The position numbers and the translations under genes were made by a program. The notes beneath the pieces are model-generated. The model saw only the letters and a list, made by a program, of their open reading frames with translations, was not told where the DNA came from and did no database searches. DNA of 63,442 nt, filler included, from Welwitschia mirabilis (taxonomy: Eukaryota), in the NCBI GenBank assembly GCA_051453625.1. It is 7 parts of one record of this genome, joined end to end, with 100 filler letters (N's around TTAATTAATTAA, not from the genome) between each part and the next. Parts side by side here need not be neighbours in the genome. Positions count along the whole stretch, not along the records: positions 47,129 to 56,818 come from JBOZIK010000001.1; positions 56,919 to 59,326 come from JBOZIK010000001.1; positions 59,427 to 63,442 come from JBOZIK010000001.1; 4 more parts are not named here. One strand, given 5' to 3'. This document shows, piece after piece, positions 53,088 to 63,442 of this stretch; the first letter of the stretch is position 1; each line of letters begins with the position of its first letter.

Positions 53088-54461
53088 GCTCTGATACAAA
53101 ATGTAGAATTGATAAACCTAAAGTGGGATCAATAGGTTTTAAAAATATTCAAATAACTTCACAATATTAACTTGTTTAAAATGAATCATTCAAAATTTGT
53201 ACAAGAAAACTGAAACTATTTTAAAAAATGAAATGATAGAAAGCATAAAAATACTAATCAAAAGCACATAAGATTTATAATGATTTTTAAAAACCTCCTA
53301 CTCCACTCTTGATAATTACCTTCTATCGAAGCCTAATCTAGATCTCTATTCATCTCTTCTAGGTACTATAAGTTTACTTGTAACCTTTATAAATGGACTT
53401 TTTTTGAAGGCTCAATCTAAACCTTTTATAAGAAATCATGGTAATGATCATAGTATGATCTTTAGTTCAATGAAAGTATTAAATTACTTTTCCTAAAGAT
53501 GATACAATCTAGAAATAAGAAGTGTTATAGATCTGACCACGTATGTAAAGATATCATAGTTCTTGGTTCATCTTTGATTAGGAATGCAATGCCAAATGAG
53601 TACACTGATAATTCCACAAGATTTGAAAGTTTAGTAAAAGATGTAATAGTGATTTGACTCTTGGCTATTTATAATGAAATACTTTTAGCGCTTTTACAAG
53701 TGAAAAATCTCTTCTAATGGCCATAAAATAGATAGATAATGGTTATAAAATTTATGTTTCTATCATAGCTAGTTAACCCTTTAAATATTTGATTAATCCC
53801 TATGGTGTTGTCACTTAAATAAATCACCCTTGTGTTCTTTCAGTTGACTTAGTTTCTTATGGCTTCATATCTGATCGATTCCTCAGGATTCAATAGATGG
53901 CTCACCTAATGGTCTGCATATTTATCTAGTCGTCTGCTTGGTTTAGATAAAATCCATCATAGTTTTTCTACTCTAGGTTCAGTTGAATTCTTGGTAATCT
54001 AGTCAACCCCTTGCTAATTGATTGTGAAGTATTAATGCTTAGTTCTCAAGTTCTATTAACTCCTCATGTGTTCAGTAGACCCCTTGATAATCAGCTAGGA
54101 AGTGCTGGGTGCACAGTGCTCTAGTCCAGTTAACTCCTCAGATGTTCAGTCAACCCCTTGATAATCGATTCAAAAGTACTAGTGCTCATATTTACAAGTC
54201 CAGTTAATCCCTCAAGTATCTAGTCGACCCCTCTAAAATCGGTTCATTTCTGAGTGTTGGATTCAGGTATGGTTAACACCTTAGAAGTCCAATTGATCCT
54301 TTAAGAGGGTAAAAAACTTAATAGGTTTTAGGATTAAAATGTAATAAACATTACTTCAGCTTCTGACTTGCAAGTGATTAATGTTTTCTACACAAGATAC
54401 AATAAATTTTTCTACACAGAAAACATTATTTTGACATCAATTAGTAAATAATAATTAAACA
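53088..54461 (-). mobile_element. PBS (53088-53099) and 5' LTR (53102-54461) of the Sirevirus-like element
   Basis: TTGTATCAGAGC on minus; LTR TGTAGAA...AATTAAACA on +; repeated (C/T)AGT(C/T)(G/A)ACCCC motifs at 53770-54290. Confidence 0.8.
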
Positions 54462-56918
54462 TTAACTTCTAGTATTTCATGGGCTCAATCTTCATTTTTG
54501 TTACATTATACTTAATCTTCACACCTAGTTTCATGAGTTGTTTTATCATTAATATTTCTTTAGCTATTATTTTTCAAGTATTATATTAACATATTTTTCT
54601 TGAAATGTTTTTACTAATTTGTCATTTCTTAATATTTAAAAGCCTTAAAAGTACTTAAAAGCTTTAAGGTCTTAAATTTAAAATTTTAACTAAGGACATT
54701 CTTTACTTCCTTAATCTCTATTTTATACTTCCCTGTTAATATTATGTGATCAACACCAAGTAATAATATTATAACTATCTTGTATTTGCCATGTTATTGT
54801 GCATAGAGGTTTATATCTATAAGATACTTATTAAAAAAAAGACTCTTGAATAATTCATAAAGCTTCTTAAACCATACTTTGAGAAAATGTTTTAGGTTAA
54901 ATAGAGGTTTCCTTAGTTACTTTTATTTCATGACCTTTGATTTTAATCCTTACAAGTTAAGTTATGTAGATTTCTTCTTGGAAGTCTTGATTTTGAATGT
55001 TGATTTGATAGAAAGATAGAATAGACTCTAGTTATATTAATTTACTAAGAAAAGAATGATTTATGTGGTATGAATCATTTTTTATGGATACCAGTTTTTT
55101 ACTATAATTAATTCCTTTTTTCTGGGCAAAACCTTTGATAATGAATCTAACCTTATTAATTATAACATGTTAGTTGTAACTAACATAGAACATGCATTTC
55201 AGATTAATTGGCTTTTTAATGGCTTTTCCATGTTTCTAAGTTTGATTTTTCATGAGCATATCAAACTTGTCTTGTATTTCTTTATTTCACTTTTAGATTC
55301 TCAAAAGTTTCTTTTACACTAACCTACTCAACATCACTTCTTTTTCTAGTAGTAGAAATAAAATTGTTTCCACTTCATATGACTTAATTTCAATTTTCTT
55401 CCACTAGACTTTTTTAATCCTCATGCACTAAATTATGAACTTGTCTTACATAACATGGAATTTGTATTTTATGATTGGAAAGAGGATTTTATTCACCATT
55501 GACATCTATAATAGGAATAATTTAGTCTTGACCATTAGTGTAATCATTTATTTCCATGATCAAAGAATTTTATATTGACATTTTAAGTCCTTTTCATTTA
55601 AGTTTTGATATTGTGTTATGAGTACTAGCCTTACCTACCCAATGCTATAAACAGTGACTTTCTATAGTCAATCACCCTACCCTTTTATATGTTTTGATGA
55701 TCACATTTATCTTATAACTAATTGCAATCCACCACTCCATAATTAATATATACTCTATTCTATAGTGAAGCTTAATATGTGGTTGCACACTTGGCACAGA
55801 AAGCCATCTAAGATTACCCCTTTCACTAGTAGTATATTTGTTTTGTAGCTTATTTTGTTGCTGAGAATGTGTATGTATTATAACCCATTTTGTAAATATT
55901 AATTAATGATTACAAGATATTCTAAACTATGTAATACATTTTGATATTAGTTTTAATGAAAATCGTTTTTTCCTCCTATAGATGATCTATGTGTAGCCCT
56001 CCAATCAATAATGTATTATATGTCAAACATTATAGATACTCACAAGGTTACTCAATTATTTAATCTTAGTTTTGGATAATTGTATTATTTTAAGTTATAA
56101 TAATAATTATAAGAATTTTAATACTAAATAAACCTATTTATGATTAAGCAAGTAATTTTCATAGTTAAATAGTTAAATAACAAAATCCATATGAAGATGT
56201 AAAATAATGTCTACAAAAAAATGGCATGTAATATATTTGTTTTAATCATTTATTCATGTGTCTTATTTAAGTTTTTAAAAGAAGCTAAAATTACTTAGTA
56301 AAAGAGAAAGAACAATAAGGAAGAGTACTATGTTCAACTATGACATTTTTTTACATTCAATTATGACATTTTATTACAATCCATTATGACATTTTTCTTA
56401 CATTTAATTATAGCATTTCATTCTTATTACTTCTGTTGTTGATATCATGGATCATGAAGAGTGTAAACATATGAATAAGGATATGCACACTTATCCATAA
56501 ATTAAAAAGGATAAATGAGTAGAATTTATTCTACCATGACTTTTATCATTATTTATATTTATGAAAGTAATTTATGAATAAAATATTATTTTTCTTATTG
56601 TGTCACATAATAATTTTGAAATTTATGCACTTCTTTTTCCAATGCATTTTAAATATATTTTGGATTAATTATGAGATTGTGAAGGATTAAGAAGGAACTA
56701 GCATGAGAAAATAATGCATGTAATTAATTTTATTAATTAAAGTAAGAAAATTACTCACCCAAATTAGGTGCATGAGTCATAAAAAGAATTTATTTTGTCA
56801 TTCATATATCACTTTCACNNNNNNNNNNNNNNNNNNNNNNNNNNNNNNNNNNNNNNNNNNNNTTAATTAATTAANNNNNNNNNNNNNNNNNNNNNNNNNN
56901 NNNNNNNNNNNNNNNNNN

Positions 56919-59326
56919 CTAATTAATAATGCATAACATAATGTAAAAAGTATTATAAATCACCACTCAAATAGACAGTCATTATGGTGATGCCCCTAAT
57001 TAATGATGCATAACATAATGTAAAGAGTATCATAAATCACCACTCAAATAAGCAGTGATTATGATGATGCCAAGTATATCAAATGTTTTCAAATAATAAA
57101 TGATAAGATTAAAAGTTGTATAGAAATAAACTCACCTTCTTACATCCCAAAACACACCTAAATTCTCAAAAGTCAAATAATCATGTGGCGGTACTAAATG
57201 CATTAAGAGTTTGTAAAATAAGCAATGCCTCTAATAATACTAAGAACACCACTAATTCCATAACCTCAAAGTGTTTACTATTATTTTATAATGAGAGAAG
57301 TGCAACCATAGTCAAATAAGTAAGAACCTATAAAGCATGGCCAACTGATCCTGTAGTGGACTTCCCATAGCTATCAATAGTACTAAAGATCCCTCTTAAG
57401 AAAATTTACCCTAGTGCGGTAGGACATCATGGTAACCATGTGTTTATCATGGTCATTATTCTTCTTTTCTCTTCTTTTTTCCCCCAAAATAAATCCCACA
57501 TGATCACAGACTCTTAAAGACAAAGATTAAGAAATAAAATGACAAATAAGAAAGAACACCCTCAAACAATTAAAAACTCATACATTGAGAGAAAATACTA
57601 AAAACCAAAGAATATTCCTTTAAAATGAATTTCATAAACATACAAATGTATTAAGATTGGATGAATCCAATCTTTATCACTTTGAAACGCCTAAGTGAAA
57701 AATCACTAATCATGATAACTTTATAAACTAAAACATAAGTTAAGTTAAATATGTTCAAGTGATAGCATAATATCCACCAAAGGAATTAGCTAAGAAAGAA
57801 TTCAGATAATGGCAAAAGGACTTCTAAAGCAAGTGCTTCTATTATGTTCAAAGTTTGATGACTCATGGATTTTTAGCATTTGTCCATTTTTTGAATCTTC
57901 CTAGGGTACAAATTAAAAATTTCAACCGAGCCATCAGAATATACTCTCTTTAAAAGATAAGGATCTAATCATCTAGAGGTTAACTTGTTGTGTAAAATAA
58001 AAATCAAGGACAGAAACATAACAACATAAAAAAAAAAAAGAAAATACCAAAGCAATCTAAAAATAAGTATTATTTAGATTCAATACCTTATTTAAAAGAA
58101 AGAAAAATAAATGTTTATTTTCCTGAGGATATAGTCTAGGGTGTACTTTCTTAGAAAAATAAGGACCAAATCAACTAGAAACTAATTAATAAAATGTAAA
58201 AGGTATAAAATCATTTTTTAGTAAAATCAATTAGAGGTAAAAATAGTAAAACAATAAAAATGTTGATAGTACAAATTTTAGAATTTAAATAAGAGATGAA
58301 GAAGTGATAAATTTCATTGAAAACTAATATCTTATTGAAATGATGTAAATCATGATTATAATTACATAATTCATGCAAGGAATTACTCAAAGAAAATATC
58401 CTAGAAGTTTTTGAAGGCTCTTTAGACTATCTAGTAAGATCAAGAAGCTTTCTATCATTCAACTTAAGATATGGATTTTCATCAAGGAGGTAAGGCTTTT
58501 TCCACTTAACATGAATAAATGGCACTTTATCTTTATAAGACTTATTAGTAACATAAGAGATAAAAAATTCATATAATTCATGGAAAATTACTCTCTTATC
58601 AAACTCATGATATAAGGAATTTCAAACATATGTTTCATTTAAAAATTGATATTGAGAATGGAAGATATTAATGGCACTATAAGGGATCTAAGGTTTTTGA
58701 GCAAAGTTCTTAGAATGACTAATTAAGGTAGGTTTATTATACTTAATAAGCTCCTTAATATTCAATTCTAAGCACGGATTTGAATCAAAAAGACAAGATT
58801 TACCTCAATTTAAAATTCCAAGATATTCCAAGTCATACTTTTGAAAAGAATAATCATTGAATTCATAAGTAAAGTTTACTTGGTAGAGGAAGGAAAGATA
58901 TTACTTTGAGTATTACATGGAGTTTTAAAAGGAAGATATTAAGAGATTTAGGATTAGACTCCTCAAGTTTATGTGTTTCATTAAAATCAAGGAGAGGTAT
59001 GTCATTTTGAGAATTACATGAATATTCTAATGGAAGAGATGAAGAAATGTTATCATTATTAAAATCATAAGATAATGTAGAATTATAAATAGAAGGAGGA
59101 ATGTGATTTATGGTTTTACATAGAAGTTGAAGTGGAAGTGATGGAGAAACATGTGTAAACTCTTTATATTGTATTTTTGCATTAGAAGGCATGAGTCTAT
59201 TCTCTATTGAGTTTGGTTAATTTTTTATATATTCTTCTTTATTTCTCTCTTCCTCATTATTGACTTTATCACTACTTAGTTGAATTCTTTCTTTACTTTC
59301 TTCATTATTATCTTTGATAATATCTC
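56919..59326 (-). mobile_element. Athila-like non-autonomous internal region, homologous to 19115-19600; 78-bp tandem duplication at 56919-57071
   Basis: AAGCACGGATTTGAATCAAAAAGACAAGATTTACC (58769) vs AAACATGGATTGGAATCAAGAAGATAGGATTTCCC (19270). Confidence 0.45.
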
Positions 59327-60109
59327 NNNNNNNNNNNNNNNNNNNNNNNNNNNNNNNNNNNNNNNNNNNNTTAATTAATTAANNNNNNNNNNNNNNNNNN
59401 NNNNNNNNNNNNNNNNNNNNNNNNNNTATAAAGGGTTCCAGTTTCCAACTAAGTCATGGCTTTTGGTGTGATGGTAAAGGGCCCAACAAAGATCCACAAG
59501 GGCCAAAAAATTTAGCAGGGAGAATCTATGTATACAGAAAGGCATTGTTCGGAGAAGAATGAGATGATGAGGTGTCTTATACGTACTTCAACCCCTTTCC
59601 GTGGTCTAAGAGTAGGGGCTATGCCTAGTTTACCAATTTGCCTTATAGAGAGCTTACCATTGAGAAGGATATACAGAACTAGATCCAAGTTGAGGGGGAT
59701 AAGTCCAAGTNNNNNNNNNNNNNNNNNNNNNNNNNNNNNNNNNNNNNNNNNNNNNNNNNNNNNNNNNNNNNNNNNNNNNNNNNNNNNNNNNNNNNNNNNN
59801 NNNNNNNNNNCAACTGGGAAATTATAAAGGGTTCCAGGTTCCAACTAAGTCATGGCTTTTGGTGTGATGGTAAAGGCCCCAACAAAGATCCACAAGGGCC
59901 AAAAAATTTAGCAGGGAGAATCTATGTACACAGAAAGGCATTGTTCGGAGAAGAATAAGATGATGAGGTGTCTTATACATACTTCAACCCCTTTCCATGG
60001 TCTAAGAGTAGGGGCTATGCCTGGTTTACCAATTTGCCTTATAGAAAGCTTACCATTGAGAAGGATATACAAAACTAAATCCAAGTCGAGGGGTATAAGC
60101 CTAAGTTTC

Positions 60110-62402
60110 TAGGAGGAGGACTGACGATTTACTAGCGCGTGGTAATGAAGAGTAATAATTACTATCTTGGTAAGAAGCATGGTCTCCGTTAACTGTTCCC
60201 TTTTTTATGTACTCAAATTCTCAAAGCATATAAGCATCATCTTTTGATGCATATTTTTTATAAACATTACCCATAGACAAAACCTTGTGAGTTAATGCAC
60301 ATGAGGTCTTCCTTTTTATTATTTGAAGAACAAGAGTTCATTCCAATGATCACATGTTGTATGTTTAGGAGAAATCTGAAAATGCTGCCTAATCTAAGGA
60401 TGAATCGGCCTTGTTCTTGAACGCTGACAACACAGACTCCCAACAATCACCTTTATACAAAGCAAAAGCAAAGTTCTGATGCATGAATGTTGAATAGGAC
60501 TTTCAATTTCCTCCCTTGAGTAATTTTATTTATTCATGCACTGCACCGTGATCCTCCAATGATTTAGATAAGTGATTAAAATTTTGGCCTTGAGCATAAT
60601 CAATAGCATTAGATATGTCCTCCTATAGGTTACCATTCTGCAGATGCCCTACCTCAGATGCTTGTAAACTCCAAAAAAGTTCCTCTAAAATTTCTACTTC
60701 CTTTAGTGACTTCAAATTCATATCTCTTGAGGAAATGAACTCCATTCCATAATAAATGTCTTGTCTCATATGGCTTACACAATTCCTGAAAAGAACCAAC
60801 CTTATAATCAAATGATGATTCATTCCATGGAGAAGGAGTATAATTTGCCTCCTTGTTACCATGCAATAATCTTAACCATTCTTTAGGAGAAAATAAGTCT
60901 TCCTGTATATTATTACCATTGGCTTCTTATGGCAATTTTCCTTTTGTTTAAAAGAATGCCTCAGTTTCAAGAGAGGAACTTTCCTTCAACTACATTCATC
61001 TGAGATGTCATCCTTCACCAAATACTTTACCACTATTTTCAATTGGATGAGCAATAGTAGCTTGTGTTTTTCTTTATGCCTATGAGACGTACATGATGAA
61101 TGATCTCAGATTTAGAAGTATAATTCTAGATACCTGGAAATGGGTATAATTGAGAGCACATCAGAGCATCTAGTAGCCTTATTTCTAAGTTCACTTGCTG
61201 TCTAAATGAACTATCTTTCCCACTACTGCTTTTATGCTCCTAATTGTATCTACCATTTTGGAAATGCTTCAAGAATTCATCCTCATTACTAAATCTTAGT
61301 AAGCCATTTTGCCTGCCATATTATTTCATTTTGACCTTATTTGTGCCTTGCTAAATCTCTTAACATGCTCTTTATGGATCATCCAAGATACCATACTAAA
61401 AAAAACACTTATTTTCTGCTTGGGTCCTTCTTAATTGCTAATGAGTCTACCACAAGTTTATAGACAACAATCCTTATAGCCATCGTAGTGTAAAGTGTAA
61501 ACAATCTCAGCAAAGAACCCAAAGAAAACCAAGGCTTCAAACATAGGTCTGCTAGGTGAGGTAACATTTCTATCATGAAAAGTCCATGTGAAATAAGTAG
61601 GCATTGTTCCATACCCTTCTTTATCAAGGTGATATCCAGTATGAAACTCAATACTAGGACTCAAAACATTAAAGAACTGAATTAGAAAAGCAAAGAAGCG
61701 AAACAACAAATGGATTTCTTATTCCTATTCTGAGGTCTTCCATCAAACTGCTTCCTAATTTCATTACCATGACTATGTGAATTACAGAGAAAAAAGATTG
61801 GTTCCATCAAATTAAAATTCATCATCAGATAAATCTTGCAAATTCTGTAGAACTCATTCCTAACTTCTTGTATACTAACTGACATCATGGAGTACCTCTC
61901 ATGTCAAAACCAATAAGAGGATTTTTGGTTTCAACATCAAAGTAGTCTTGGCATAACCAATAGCTTCTCCTGTAAGACCAGATAAGATTACCTTATGACC
62001 TCAAAACTGATGCTCTAAAGTCAGATCTTCATCGAATTATATAAACAGGATATTTACGTTATGCAAATTTTCATCAAATTTGGATAAGAAACTAGATAAA
62101 TAGTCCTTGATAACTGGAGTAAGATATGCACCATAATGGTGGTGAATCCCCTTGAAAGTGCTCGAATCCTTGGTATAAGGGTCAAGGAGAAATACTCTTG
62201 CTTGGATTCCAAAGTTTTTGCCAATTCATAAGTAGGGTAAATATAAGAATGAATAAAAAACCACAATCAAGCATTTTATGCCTTATTCAATAGACTTTCC
62301 AGCAAATGGCTTCAAAGCGTCCATATCTAGAGGCTTCACAACATTCACCAATTTACTAGAGATACCTTTAATGAAATTTTCAGCTTTAGCTTGCCCTTCC
62401 AT
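60110..62402 (-). pseudogene. Long (~2.3 kb) intronless degenerate ORF of unrecognised family
   Basis: ATG at 62402: MEGQAKAENFIKGISSKLVNVVKPLDMDALKPFAGKSIE*GIKCL...RVFLLDPYTKDSSTFKGIHHHYGAYLTPVIKDYLSSFLSKFDENL...; protein-like frames continue with a few frameshifts to ~60120. Confidence 0.6.
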
Positions 62403-62432
62403 TACAAGCTAAACCCTTTTATCTATCCTAAT

Positions 62433-62780
62433 TGTTGAAAATAAGAGAGCAAGAAGCTAAATAGAAATTTGATGCTCCAAAGGGAGTTCTGTGAAGGAAG
62501 TAATGCAAAGGGAGTCATATTTTATTTGATGCAACTAGAGAGACTTATATAGGCATACAAAGGAAATAACAGTTCTTCTTCTTTTTGTATCAGACCCACT
62601 AATGCATTTAACTTAATAACCATTTTCCTTCTTTTCAGTAACTGACCTACTAACTCTACTAATTCAATAACTATTTACTTTCTTTTCCTTAACTGATTCA
62701 CAAATCCTACTAACTTAATATCATTTGTATTTTAGTATCAACATTAAATTATTGGCATTACCCAAAAAAAAATTCTAATA
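62433..62780 (-). mobile_element. Copia 3' LTR (~350 bp) with PPT at 62781-62793
   Basis: Minus strand: PPT TAAGAGGGTGATT, then TATTAGAA...CCTATATAAG...TTTTCAACA. Confidence 0.65.
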
Positions 62781-62899
62781 AATCACCCTCTTAATGATAA
62801 CATTTTAATGACATCCCCTTGATGTTTGCACTATTCAATTTCATGTCACACATCATTTACAAATAAGTGAAAGTTTTCAAACATTTAGTTTAATAAGGC

Positions 62900-63442
62900 T
62901 TATTAAGTGCACAGATTATAAGTGGCTTTCTTAGCTTCTGAAACATAGGTAACTTCAATGGCTTGATCATTATGTTAGCAATCTAATTTTCACTTTTATA
63001 GTAGAAAATATCAATTATTCCATCCCTTGTGTGATTTCTTAGAAAATAAAACTTAACATTTATGTGCTTGTTTCTTCCATGTAAAACAGGATTTTTAAAG
63101 ATTNNNNNNNNNNNNNNNNNNNNNNNNNNNNNNNNNNNNNNNNNNNNNNNNNNNNNNNNNNNNNNNNNNNNNNNNNNNNNNNNNNNNNNNNNNNNNNNNN
63201 NNNCATTATGTTAGCAATTTAGTTTTCACTTTTGCAGTAGAAAATATCAATTATTCCATCCCTTGTGTGATTCCTTAGAAAATAAAACTTAACATTTATG
63301 TGCTTGTTTCTTCCATGTAGAATAGGGTTTTTAAAGATTTTAATGGCAAAACTATTGTTACAATAAATTGTAGTAGCTTCCTCTTGCTTGAAATGCAGCT
63401 CTTTAAGCATTTTTTTCTAGCTAAATTGCTTGACGGGCATAG
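62900..63442 (-). pseudogene. Copia RNase H C-terminus, partly duplicated across an N gap
   Basis: MLKELHFKQEEATTIYCNNSFAIKIFKNPILHGRNKHINVKFYFLR...ANIMIKPLKLPMFQKLR. Confidence 0.92.

Noticed and set aside
15329-59382. Recurrent TTAATTAATTAA palindrome (six sites)
   Set aside because: Always centred in N runs; it is an assembly spacer, not biology. Adjacency across these gaps is unreliable.
59426-60105. Direct repeat on either side of a gap
   Set aside because: Spans a 100-N gap, the same pattern as 417-1552 and 62966-63340; likely uncollapsed contig overlap.
61500-61720. CACTA transposase call for the unknown ORF
   Set aside because: Only a short loose motif; no Transposase_21 core motifs or CACTA termini seen.
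62433-62743. Separate nested solo LTR (TGTTGA...TCAACA)
   Set aside because: No TSD; reading 62433-62780 as the copia's own 3' LTR next to its PPT is simpler.
62966-63340. Duplicated RNase H segment
   Set aside because: Flanks an N gap; probable assembly redundancy.

Overview
Plant nuclear heterochromatin-type window made almost entirely of old, nested, heavily C>T/G>A-decayed LTR retrotransposons: Ty1/copia (including a Sirevirus-like element with an env-like ORF), Athila-like Ty3/gypsy and chromovirus (Tekay-like) gypsy. I see no intact host gene and no RNA gene. Many N gaps are present, six of them carrying an artificial TTAATTAATTAA linker. Best observation: a full-length ~11 kb chromovirus (32288-43343, TSD TTAAA) has unusually long ~3.2-3.4 kb LTRs, and both carry a captured plant immune TIR-domain exon. 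The 5' copy keeps an in-frame ATG, an upstream splice acceptor and the catalytic-Glu position, and other host-like segments lie next to it. Also notable: a ~2.3 kb intronless degenerate ORF of unrecognised family directly downstream of a copia 3' LTR (62402 to ~60110, minus strand), and a gypsy element with a 2.3 kb LTR but only ~185 bp between PBS and PPT. All alignments and translations were done by eye, so boundaries of degenerate features are approximate.
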